A DNA stretch of 25,304 nt from a virus (lineage: Duplodnaviria > Caudoviricetes), in the IMG/VR virus record IMGVR_UViG_3300017785_002950, positions 1 through 25,304 of that record; one strand, given 5' to 3'. Position numbers and translations under genes: made by a program. The notes beneath the pieces were generated by a model. The model was not told the DNA's origin. It ran no database searches and saw only the letters and a list, made by a program, of their open reading frames with translations. Below, in pieces: positions 6,925 to 15,462 of the stretch (positions within the stretch are counted from its first letter, which is position 1; the number at the start of each line of letters is the position of its first letter).

Positions 6925-9797
6925 TAGATTGCTACCATCGCTGTTCCGTAACTAATCGCTGATAATGTCGCGGCAGTAATTGTAGATACATCTGCAGAAA
7001 CGCTAGTGAAGTTTTGTTGCACTGTGACGCTTGTGCCACTTGTGCTAGGAGCGCTTCTATATTCCATTTCCGCAGGAAATACAGCACCTCCTCCGCCTCC
7101 TCCTAATACACGCGTATTTGCTAACGCATTTGAAGCGGCTTGCGTTGCTCCTAATGATTGCATAAGCGCGGCGGCTTGTCGCAATTTTTCTAATAAAGCA
7201 TTTACTTTTTCTTGTGTTTTTTTATCAATTTCATCTAATGATTTATTGTAAGATTCTTGCGCACTTGCAATTGCTTTTGCCAATGATTCTTGCGCGTCTA
7301 ATAACCCTTTATCAAATGTTTTTTTGGCATCCGCTTCTGCTTTGCGCAAAGCGTTTGTTGCTTCTTCTAATGCTTCTAGGAAATTCTTTTCACTTTCAGC
7401 CAAAGCATCATTTAATTCTTTTTGCGCTTCTAATAATTTTTCGTCACGAATTAATTTGGCTTCTGAAAACGCTTCGCTATAAGCGGCATTGGCTTCACTG
7501 ATACTTTGTAATAGTTCTTTGTTTACATCTTCTAGAGCCTGTGTAATATCTGATTGCGCTTGACTATATTCTTTCGTTAGTGCTTTAGTTGCAAGTGTTG
7601 AAGATGTAGATAATGTATTAGCAATTATGTCCATGCCTTCAGAATTCAATGTTTCTAATTGAGCATACATTTTTTGTAATTCTTTTTGTTGCGCAGGCGA
7701 CAATTTTTTAATTTGTTTAATCATCTCTAAACCGGCATTTGGCCCTGCTTTAACTATTTCTTCTAAGAAGGTTTGAGAAAATCCTGCACCTGCTAATTCG
7801 CCTGCTCCTAATTGAAACTCTTTAATACTTTTTAATTGTTCGCGTAATGCTTCTAATATATTTATATTTTTTTCTTTAGACATGCCAAACAAATCGGCTA
7901 GGCTAAATTGCGTTCCTTGTTGCCAGGCATTACGCAGGCGCTCGCGGCTCTTTTCTACAATTTCTGCTAATCGCTCTACACCGCGTTTTGTAATTTCTTC
8001 ATTCTTTTTCTGCGCCGCTTCTTGTAAATCTACAATTTTTTTGTCTTTTGTTTTTTCTAGTTCAATTAGGCGTTTATTGTATTCACTGTGTATTTTCAAT
8101 ACGGTTTCAGTGTGGCGTTTGTTAGCGGCTTCATCTGCTTTGTCACGCCGTTTTTTCAAATCTTCTTTTGTTTCTTCAAAGCGCTCTGCTAGGTCTGTAA
8201 GTCTTTCTTGATACCTTTCTTCCAAATCTTCTTGTTGTTCTTTGAAACGCTCATTTATATCGGCAATGCGTTCATTAAATTGTTCTAATGCTTCTAAACG
8301 CCGTTCTTCTGCTTCTTCATATAATTTAGCAATTTCTTTATTAATTTTCTTTGCTTGCTCTTTTGCTTTATCTAATTTCTTTTGGTCAGCCTTACTTAAG
8401 GCATTACCTTTAGGGTCCTTAGAGCCAGCAAACGGGTCTTTATCAACTTTATCTATTTTATCTTTGGCTTTGTCTGCCTCTTTGCCTAACTTATCTAGGT
8501 TAGCCGCCAATTCTTTAGCCTTTTTTGATGCTTTGTCGCCAAAATCAGAAATGCCATCTAAGCCTTTGTTAATTCCGTCTAATGCACTTTTTGCATATTT
8601 ACCAACGCCCGGCAATTTAGATAATGCAAATAGAAACAAACGCATTGGCCCTGTAACTATTTTGCCAATTGCTTCATACACTCTAGCAGTTATTGGAATA
8701 ATACTTGCGAAAGCATTTAACGCTACTTTAGCCATAGAGATTACAGCATTACGGAATGTTTCATTACTTTTGAATAACTTAACCATACCTGCTACAAGTA
8801 ACGCAACCGCAGTAATTATGAGTCCTATAGGATTTAAACTAGCAACTAAATTAAACAATGCTTGTGCAATTTTGGCTTTATTGACTGCAATAGTATAAAG
8901 ACCCCACGCAGTAGTACCTGCGCCTAAAACTCCAATAAATACTTTTAATTCAGTGCTGTTATCTTTTACAAATTTAAGTAATTTTTCTAAAGCAGGTATA
9001 ACTTTTTTAGATATAATTTCCATTATTTTTTCTAGTACAGGTAATAAGCCTTGGCCAATTTCTTTTTTCAAATTGCGAAAATCATTTTTTAATTTAATCA
9101 TTCTGCCTTCAGGAGTGTTAGCAAGCGTTTTATTTAAATCTTTATATGTGCTATTAAGAATTTCTGTAAGTGCGGCGGCGCGCTGTGATTCGCTTCCTGT
9201 TGTTAGTAATTTCTTTTGATTATCGGTAAGTACAAAACCTTGTCTTGTTAAAGAAGCAAAATTACCGTTCAACGCTTGGGCTAGACCATTAGTCATAGAC
9301 CTAAAATCATCCGTAGAGGCTGTTGCTCCTTTTTCGGCAACAACATAATCTAAAATAGCAGGCGTTAATGTGTGGATTGTTTTACTTTGTAAATCAAATG
9401 TGGCAAGTTGTGATTGCGTCATAGTCACATTTTCGCTTGATACTACACCCACTTTCTCTAATGCTTCTGCTTGCGCATTTAATGCTGCAATTTGTGCTTC
9501 TGTAGCCGCGCCGGTGTTAAGAAGAATTGTGCGTAATCTCGTTTGTACTGCCGCCGCTTCTTGTGCGGCGGCTACAGATTCTTTGAAAAAAGATACAACT
9601 TGTGTAGCCGCAAAAGTTACACCTATGGTTGCGGCAAGTCTTTTTAAATTTTTGCCAAAATCAGCAAAAACGCCATTACTTTTTGCCACATTGCTATCTA
9701 AACCTTTTAGCGCTGATTCTGCCTGGGCAAGCCCTGTTTTTAATTGCGATATATCTGCTTGTATTTGTACAAGGATAGGAGGAATTTCGCCTGCCAT
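6924..9797 (-). CDS. Tape measure protein
   Basis: 957 aa, helical and Ala/Lys/Glu-rich; N-terminal ILVQIQADISQLK, central hydrophobic NPIGLIITAVALLV segment, 11-residue repeats; lies before Dit. Confidence 0.92.
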   Translation of the reverse strand: MAGEIPPILVQIQADISQLKTGLAQAESALKGLDSNVAKSNGVFADFGKNLKRLAATIGVTFAATQVVSFFKESVAAAQEAAAVQTRLRTILLNTGAATEAQIAALNAQAEALEKVGVVSSENVTMTQSQLATFDLQSKTIHTLTPAILDYVVAEKGATASTDDFRSMTNGLAQALNGNFASLTRQGFVLTDNQKKLLTTGSESQRAAALTEILNSTYKDLNKTLANTPEGRMIKLKNDFRNLKKEIGQGLLPVLEKIMEIISKKVIPALEKLLKFVKDNSTELKVFIGVLGAGTTAWGLYTIAVNKAKIAQALFNLVASLNPIGLIITAVALLVAGMVKLFKSNETFRNAVISMAKVALNAFASIIPITARVYEAIGKIVTGPMRLFLFALSKLPGVGKYAKSALDGINKGLDGISDFGDKASKKAKELAANLDKLGKEADKAKDKIDKVDKDPFAGSKDPKGNALSKADQKKLDKAKEQAKKINKEIAKLYEEAEERRLEALEQFNERIADINERFKEQQEDLEERYQERLTDLAERFEETKEDLKKRRDKADEAANKRHTETVLKIHSEYNKRLIELEKTKDKKIVDLQEAAQKKNEEITKRGVERLAEIVEKSRERLRNAWQQGTQFSLADLFGMSKEKNINILEALREQLKSIKEFQLGAGELAGAGFSQTFLEEIVKAGPNAGLEMIKQIKKLSPAQQKELQKMYAQLETLNSEGMDIIANTLSTSSTLATKALTKEYSQAQSDITQALEDVNKELLQSISEANAAYSEAFSEAKLIRDEKLLEAQKELNDALAESEKNFLEALEEATNALRKAEADAKKTFDKGLLDAQESLAKAIASAQESYNKSLDEIDKKTQEKVNALLEKLRQAAALMQSLGATQAASNALANTRVLGGGGGGAVFPAEMEYRSAPSTSGTSVTVQQNFTSVSADVSTITAATLSAISYGTAMVAI

Positions 9798-9798
9798 A

Positions 9799-10203
9799 CT
9801 ATCCTCCCAACCTAGAAGCCATGTTAGTTGTAAATACTCTTGCTAGAGTTCCATTGGCTTGCAAAGTGCTTGCCGCAGGTCCTAAGTACGGATATTTTAC
9901 GCCTGGTTTCCATCTTGGGTGTCCAAGTTCAACAGCCCTTGCGTAGACCATTGTTGCACTAACCTGGACTGCGTACATAGAAGTAAATCCTTTTTCTACA
10001 GGTGATGTAGTAATACTTCTGCGTAGATTACCTGTGCGCACATTAGGACCTGGGCGACCTGAAGCATTAACTTTTGCTTGTCGCTCTACCGCTAAACCTG
10101 TCATAGTTATCGCGTATTGCACAGCCAATTCAAGTTTATCTTCAGTAGCGTCAAAACCTGCAAGGACATCTGCAAGATTTGTAATAGTTATACGCGCGCT
10201 CAT
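9799..10203 (-). CDS. HK97 gp10-like tail completion/neck protein
   Basis: PNVRTGNLRRSI, YARAVELG and KYPYLGPA motifs of the HK97 gp10 family. Confidence 0.8.
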   Translation of the reverse strand: MSARITITNLADVLAGFDATEDKLELAVQYAITMTGLAVERQAKVNASGRPGPNVRTGNLRRSITTSPVEKGFTSMYAVQVSATMVYARAVELGHPRWKPGVKYPYLGPAASTLQANGTLARVFTTNMASRLGG

Positions 10204-10430
10204 GATTTATTAATTCTTTCTGATTTGATTTTTTCAACCATGTTTGTAATGGCTAATAACCAATCTGCAGTACTGGCAGGCAAGTCATCCACCTGTTGAG
10301 GAGTCCAACCAAATTTATCTGCCATCATGTAATAAACCCATTGCTCATCAGGATAAGTAAACGCCTCATGGCGCTCGCCACCCTCCATTAACCATTTTAA
10401 GCGTTGGAGTTCTCTGTAGGCACTTTTGGG
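10200..10430 (-). CDS. Tail assembly chaperone C-terminal extension (GT-type, -1 frame)
   Basis: The -1 frame from the slippery site reads PKSAYRELQRLKWLMEGG...ADKFGWTPQQVDDLP...; the GWT..V..LP pattern is typical of T extensions. Confidence 0.75.
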   Translation of the reverse strand, partial: PKSAYRELQRLKWLMEGGERHEAFTYPDEQWVYYMMADKFGWTPQQVDDLPASTADWLLAITNMVEKIKSERINKS

Positions 10431-10750
10431 TCTGCCTCGTTTTCAGGCGTATCTGCCAGGTTAGGGAACAATGCTTGTTGTGCCTCTTTTGTATATTCTA
10501 CTAATGCGTCATAATCTACTATTTCTAATTCATCAATAGAATCAGGTTTAATGGCTGGAACAGGAATACTCAATGACCATTCTTCAATAAGCATGGTTAG
10601 CAAAGAATCATTCATTGCCATGGCGCGGCTTAAATCTGAACCTTCTATATCTATGCTCTTGTACAATTTTTTTCTGTCGCCATAACGAATTTTTGAAGCG
10701 TCTTTTAATGTGATGGTTACGCCTGATGGAAGTGTTACTTTTTTAGACAT
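10397..10750 (-). CDS. Tail assembly chaperone (G-type)
   Basis: 117 aa acidic protein following the tail tube gene; IEEWSL..IDELEIVDYDAL; ends ADPK at a slippery heptamer; GGAGG RBS. Confidence 0.8.
   Translation of the reverse strand: MSKKVTLPSGVTITLKDASKIRYGDRKKLYKSIDIEGSDLSRAMAMNDSLLTMLIEEWSLSIPVPAIKPDSIDELEIVDYDALVEYTKEAQQALFPNLADTPENEADPKVPTENSNA
10424..10430 (-). promoter_or_regulatory. -1 programmed ribosomal frameshift slippery site C CCA AAA
   Basis: X XXY YYZ heptamer in register (GAC CCA AAA GTG); a -1 shift joins the ORF ending at 10200 without an intervening stop, giving a 183 aa product. Confidence 0.8.
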
Positions 10751-10766
10751 GTTGCCTCCGTTTGTT

Positions 10767-10849
10767 TGTGCCTTCCTATTATCCTACAGAGGAACAAGGG
10801 CGCGGGATAGCGGGGAAGGCGTACCGCTATCAACCTGCCGCCCTTGTTC
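10767..10849. other. Long intergenic hairpin with loop-to-flank pseudoknot
   Basis: GAACAAGGGCG 10792-10802 / CGCCCTTGTTC 10839-10849; GATAGCGG 10806-10813 / CCGCTATC 10824-10831; loop 10814-10823 is complementary to 10767-10776. Confidence 0.65.
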
Positions 10850-10859
10850 TGAGTCTATA

Positions 10860-11846
10860 TTATGCGTAGGTTCCTGATGTTTTTGCGTTTTGCAGTGTCC
10901 ATTCAATAGGAGCAAATCCACCTGATGAACCTGCGTCAGTTGTGTTTGACTGCGCGTTTAGGTCAATACTTACCTGCACATAATCTTCTCCGCGCTCAAT
11001 TACTGCGGCGGTATATGCGCCCTTAGTAAGTGTTGCTTCGAGATTAACCTCATTAGCACCCGCTCCGTAATTCCATTTTAAAGTAATGGCTGGTTGAGTG
11101 TTAGTAAGGAAGCGTGTTAATTCTGCATCAGTTTCCATCAAGAATGTAATCTTTCCTGTGACCTCTAAAGGACCAAGAAAAATGTTGTATGGATTTTGAG
11201 TTGCGCTGATGCCATAAACAGGTGTTACAGGGCGAACTAAATCAATGTTCCCTGTCATTGCAGTGCTAACTAGGGAACCGCCAATGGTCACTGTACCGCG
11301 CCAAACTGGGGTTGGAAGCAATGTGCTAAATGATGGCGTTGGGTCAGTTGTAGTGCTTGATAAGAAACCTGTTGTTTTTGCATCATACTCCAACATTCCA
11401 TCTGCGTTGAAACGCAAAGAGAAATCAGAGAACTGGCAACCAGGATAGCGGCGTACATTTACAGCATAAAAATCTGTAAGTGTGTATGAAATTGGTTGTG
11501 CGTCTGCGCCCGATGTTGTGCTGTTTAGCAAAGAAATGGTGTGCGTAAACGGTGCGCTTGCTCCTGTTGTTGTAACAGAACCCATAACTCCAGCAATTGC
11601 GTACCCAATTGTGTCAATAAATACTGCTCCACCGTAATCAAAAGTAGAACGGGTGCGACCAGGAATATAGTTGTAATTTAAAACATTAGAACCGCGTAAT
11701 CCTTGGTCATAGAGCGGGTCAATAATGTCTTGTGGTTTTAGTGCGTCTTTAGCGACTGGGATAAAATCCGTTGCCGCCACTGCCGTACCTTTGGTTGCTT
11801 CTTTAGCAATACCGAGGTAAGAGCGTACTGATGCTTGTAATGCCAT
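10860..11846 (-). CDS. Major tail tube protein
   Basis: 328 aa; SYLGIAKEATKGT N-terminus, YPGCQFSDFSL and EVTGKITF; lies between the tail terminator and chaperones; AGGAG RBS. Confidence 0.85.
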   Translation of the reverse strand: MALQASVRSYLGIAKEATKGTAVAATDFIPVAKDALKPQDIIDPLYDQGLRGSNVLNYNYIPGRTRSTFDYGGAVFIDTIGYAIAGVMGSVTTTGASAPFTHTISLLNSTTSGADAQPISYTLTDFYAVNVRRYPGCQFSDFSLRFNADGMLEYDAKTTGFLSSTTTDPTPSFSTLLPTPVWRGTVTIGGSLVSTAMTGNIDLVRPVTPVYGISATQNPYNIFLGPLEVTGKITFLMETDAELTRFLTNTQPAITLKWNYGAGANEVNLEATLTKGAYTAAVIERGEDYVQVSIDLNAQSNTTDAGSSGGFAPIEWTLQNAKTSGTYA

Positions 11847-11850
11847 TTAT

Positions 11851-12042
11851 TCACTCTCCTGCTTTCATGTCTGACGCGGCAGACGGTTTGATTGTTGATG
11901 GGGTTGGTGCTGGTTTTGCCGCGCCACCTGCTATGAAATCAGGGTGGCTGAAACCTTCAGGCGCTTCAACAGTGTCACCTGGTTTAACGATTCCAAGCGC
12001 GGGAAACACGCGTTCTTCTGTTCCTTTATATGTCAGTTTCAT
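11851..12042 (-). CDS. Small virion-module protein of unknown function
   Basis: 63 aa; YKGTEERVFP..VKPGDTVE with a Pro/Ala-rich tail; AGGAG RBS; fills the gap between tail terminator and tube. Confidence 0.6.
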   Translation of the reverse strand: MKLTYKGTEERVFPALGIVKPGDTVEAPEGFSHPDFIAGGAAKPAPTPSTIKPSAASDMKAGE

Positions 12043-12050
12043 TCATGCTC

Positions 12051-12539
12051 CTATGCTTGAATCATCTCTGTTACCTCAAATTCTAACTCAGCGAAGATGT
12101 CTGTAGCGCCTTCTTTGGATGTTGCGGGTTCACCGTAACGACCAATAATAACGGGTTCAGCACCTTGCCAAACTAAAACTCCCGTAGAATCACCAAAATT
12201 ATGATTACTGCGTAACCGTTCTTTGATGTTGTCTATGAGAATGTCAAAATCAGCCATTGCATCTTGTGACTCTGAGTGCAATGAGTGAACATATAGTTGA
12301 AGTATTACGGTGTAATCTACGCGCTTCCAACCGTTTGTTGCGCCTCCTATTGCTAGGCGGTTCTCTCTTTCTTGTGCAATAAAAACTACGCACGCTGAAC
12401 GAGTCATTTGACCCGGTTGTGCGTTAATTTGAAAATTAATACGCTTAGGAAAAGATACAAAAACCTGATTGAGGTTCTGTATTGGGGGATTGCTTATGAA
12501 CTGTGCCAGCGTATCCCGTACGCCAACGCGCCCTCCCAT
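12051..12539 (-). CDS. Tail terminator / tail completion protein
   Basis: 162 aa; size, position and alpha/beta pattern (FDILIDNIKERLR; AELEFEVTE); TAATG overlap with the upstream gene. Confidence 0.6.
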   Translation of the reverse strand: MGGRVGVRDTLAQFISNPPIQNLNQVFVSFPKRINFQINAQPGQMTRSACVVFIAQERENRLAIGGATNGWKRVDYTVILQLYVHSLHSESQDAMADFDILIDNIKERLRSNHNFGDSTGVLVWQGAEPVIIGRYGEPATSKEGATDIFAELEFEVTEMIQA

Positions 12540-13420
12540 TAACGCATCCTGCGATATAGATTGACCATATCAAGCGCCAAAGCAATTTCTCCTGCATAGC
12601 GTTGATTGTTGCCAATATTGACTGTTGGCTGTGTAGTTAAATTCATGGTCATAGAAGCATCGCCACGCTGTTTTACGAAAGCGCTGGTCATGAGAATTGT
12701 GGCTTGCTTTATTGCAAATGGCATGTTGCTAAAGCCTGCGCCCGTGTGTGCAAATGCTAGAGGAGCGGTTAATGGAATGGTTGTTGAACCATAAACATAA
12801 CTATTATCAACTGTTACAGATTCCGAAAAAGCACCATCAATAATTCTGTAAGTTTCGCTTGGCAAAATTCCTGATACATTTGCCACTGTTAATGTAGAAG
12901 CGTTTAAAGACCCTGTGCAAGTTGTGTTTACATAACCTGCAATATATGTGTACTTAGTAAATAACCGTATGCGTGGTCCATAAGAACCAAAAGCAAGCGG
13001 TCCTGAACTTGTATAAGTAGTATTAATTTGGCTTAATGGAATAACTATTTGTTGTGATTCAAACCAGCATTGCGAAGGGTCATTCAAAGTTTGTAAGTTA
13101 TTCGGGCTACTGCCGTACTGAAAAGCAGATAAAGAAATAATAGGATTTTTAATAGGGTGTAAGTAAATAAAACCATCGCCACTCATGCGCACGCGCTGTG
13201 TTTCGATTACAGGACCAGCATGTAAATCTTGGTTTAAGTACCCGTTTAAATATGAAGTAGCGCGCAAAATAACGCGAGCAAGTTCTGCATCTTGTGCATT
13301 TTGATTACCGCCTACAACTAAATTATCGTAATCAAGGGATGTTGGGGCATTTTTAAATTCGGCTACCGTGATATAAGGTTGCTCGTTAAAACCTGTTTGT
13401 GCCGTTACGCCCACTGTCAT
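12539..13420 (-). CDS. Head-to-tail adaptor (gp6/gp15-like) with insertions
   Basis: PYITVAEFK, ILRATSYLNGYL, YTYIAGY, MPFAIKQATIL and LYRR motifs. Confidence 0.75.
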   Translation of the reverse strand: MTVGVTAQTGFNEQPYITVAEFKNAPTSLDYDNLVVGGNQNAQDAELARVILRATSYLNGYLNQDLHAGPVIETQRVRMSGDGFIYLHPIKNPIISLSAFQYGSSPNNLQTLNDPSQCWFESQQIVIPLSQINTTYTSSGPLAFGSYGPRIRLFTKYTYIAGYVNTTCTGSLNASTLTVANVSGILPSETYRIIDGAFSESVTVDNSYVYGSTTIPLTAPLAFAHTGAGFSNMPFAIKQATILMTSAFVKQRGDASMTMNLTTQPTVNIGNNQRYAGEIALALDMVNLYRRMR

Positions 13421-13422
13421 TG

Positions 13423-13698
13423 CTATTCCCCATCTCGCGGTGTGTCAGTTGCTTCATGCCCACAACGCCCACATTTGCGGAACCAACCAACAAAACCACA
13501 TTGTACGCAATTAAATCCTCTTTGTTTGTCGCCTTGAGCATAAGGATTTAGTGATGCTTCAAAATATCCCTCACGCTTGAGTGCCTCAGCATGTCTTTTA
13601 TTTTCAACATTATAAAGACCGCCTTTATCCGTACTGTAAGTTTTATTGCCAATTACAGTTTCTTTTACGCCTTTATCCGGTGCTACAAATCTGCCCAT
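13423..13698 (-). CDS. Small protein with C-terminal Zn ribbon
   Basis: CVQC-x8-CGRC; AAGGAGG RBS. Confidence 0.65.
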   Translation of the reverse strand: MGRFVAPDKGVKETVIGNKTYSTDKGGLYNVENKRHAEALKREGYFEASLNPYAQGDKQRGFNCVQCGFVGWFRKCGRCGHEATDTPRDGE

Positions 13699-13711
13699 AA
13701 TCTGCCTCCTT

Positions 13712-13753
13712 AGAAAGAGAGAGCGCGACTTTTCAAATATGCCGCGCCCTCTC
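13712..13753 (-). terminator. Intrinsic terminator/attenuator after the major capsid gene
   Basis: 13 bp stem GAGAGGGCGCGGC/GUCGCGCUCUCUC (two G-U pairs, valid only on the minus strand) followed by UUUCU. Confidence 0.7.
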
Positions 13754-13768
13754 CAACTTATTTACTTG

Positions 13769-15436
13769 TTATGCAGGAATGATTCCTGAAACTACGCCGT
13801 TCCAAGCAGGAGCGGTGCAGAAGAAGGTTCCACGGAAGTATGTGGAGAAGTCGTATGAGAACTGTACGACTGGCCACTGAATTCCCATGTAATCCTGAAC
13901 CATAAAGTTTGCCCAAACATCTGATACCTCAGTATCAGGAATTGGCAAAGTGAAAGAAAGAACAGGCGAAACACCCTGGTTTAGCCATGGGTGAACCATG
14001 AGGTCCACTGCTTTTCCTGTTACTTCATTCTGTAGTCCAGTTACGATAGAACCGTATGTAACGCCGTCTTTTCCTGGCTCTTGAATTGTCAAACGGTAGT
14101 TAGCGGTTGAGCCACTCTTGATTGCATCAGAGAGTTGCTTACGGTCATTACCATTGAGAAGAACTAGGTCAGGGTCAGCCTTGACATTCTGATACATCGT
14201 TGCAAAAACATTCTGATATTCAACGCCTGGGTTAGCAGTGCTGAATGTGCTGTTTACTGCATTGATTGCACCTGAAATTGCAGGGTTAAGAACAGTTGGA
14301 AGGATTCCGTCATAACCAGTTGCATAAGCAGAAGTATCTGCGGCTGCGCGAGTAACCAAAGCACCGTTTGTTGTGTAGGTGATTAAGTTACCTGAGTTAG
14401 GAGCAGTACCACCTTGAAGTGTTGCTGTTAAGCCCTGGAATGTTCCCTGGTATGTAGCAGTTGCTTGCGCACCTGACCTAACATAAAGGTTGTAACCAAG
14501 TGCGCCAACAACAGGTGCAGTTAAAGTTACTACAATAGTTTTATTACTTCCTGAAGTTGTTTCTGCGGCTTGCGCTGAAACAATTGACTCACCAAAGCCG
14601 TTTGCAGAAATACCAGCGTCAGCAGTTACAAAAATAATGAACTGTCCATTTGGTAATGCTGTTTGACCTGATGTAGTTGCGGTAGCGGTTGCAGAAGCAA
14701 TTACTGGTGCAGCAAGTGCGCCTGAGTATCCTGAGGCAGTTCCTCTTGCGAATAGCATCATTCTTTCTTCCATCAACATTGTTGCATAAAGTGTTGATGT
14801 TGAAGATAGTTGCCGTAGGTCCTGATAACCCAAACCTGAGAAGTTCGCATCAAAAGATACACTGTCAGATAGTGAGTATGAGTTGTATGGCAATACTAAA
14901 TCATCTGCCGCATAAGAAATCATTGGTCCACGCTCTAATGTAAGTGAGCCAAATGTGTTTGTTGTGCTTTCGGTGATTCCAGGCCATGTGTTTCCGACTC
15001 CGCCTGTACCTGTACCTGTGTATCCGAGGATTCTCTTTACACGGTGTGAAGTACCAACGCCCTTTTTACGAGGGATTCGGTTACGGAGTGGGGTTGGGCG
15101 TGGAGTAAGCATCTTTGCAGGTGCTTCCAAATCAAACGCCGCGAATGATGTTGATAGCGGGCTTGTAAGGGTAATTTGCTTCTGAACATCTTGCATCGCA
15201 ATTCTTTGTGCGGCAAGAGCGTTCTGAAGGCCAGCCATGGCATCAGGGGAAAGTGATTTGTTTGATGCAAGTGCTTCCATTGCAGACATAGGGTCAGCCT
15301 TAGGTGCAAGACCAGGAACGGTGCTTGCATTTCCAAGTGACTTATCTAGTGATGCAAGATATTCTTCATGACGCTGTGCGGCTTCTACAGGCGATACATC
15401 GCCAAATAGGTCGGTAGCGCGTGGCATTTCAGCCAT
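13769..15436 (-). CDS. Major capsid protein (HK97 fold) with Ig/FN3-like insertion
   Basis: 555 aa after the protease/scaffold gene; FDLEAPAKMLTPRPTPLRNRIPRKKG, EERMML, VHPWL; AAGGA RBS; followed by a terminator. Confidence 0.88.
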   Translation of the reverse strand: MAEMPRATDLFGDVSPVEAAQRHEEYLASLDKSLGNASTVPGLAPKADPMSAMEALASNKSLSPDAMAGLQNALAAQRIAMQDVQKQITLTSPLSTSFAAFDLEAPAKMLTPRPTPLRNRIPRKKGVGTSHRVKRILGYTGTGTGGVGNTWPGITESTTNTFGSLTLERGPMISYAADDLVLPYNSYSLSDSVSFDANFSGLGYQDLRQLSSTSTLYATMLMEERMMLFARGTASGYSGALAAPVIASATATATTSGQTALPNGQFIIFVTADAGISANGFGESIVSAQAAETTSGSNKTIVVTLTAPVVGALGYNLYVRSGAQATATYQGTFQGLTATLQGGTAPNSGNLITYTTNGALVTRAAADTSAYATGYDGILPTVLNPAISGAINAVNSTFSTANPGVEYQNVFATMYQNVKADPDLVLLNGNDRKQLSDAIKSGSTANYRLTIQEPGKDGVTYGSIVTGLQNEVTGKAVDLMVHPWLNQGVSPVLSFTLPIPDTEVSDVWANFMVQDYMGIQWPVVQFSYDFSTYFRGTFFCTAPAWNGVVSGIIPA

Positions 15437-15462
15437 TATTGGATTTCCTTTCGTTGTTTGGT

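Noticed and set aside
7006-9846. Several long plus-strand ORFs (e.g. 8242-8898, 9370-9846) opposite the tape measure gene
   Set aside because: Ser/Leu/Phe-rich mirror translations of Glu/Lys/Ala codons; no recognisable motifs.
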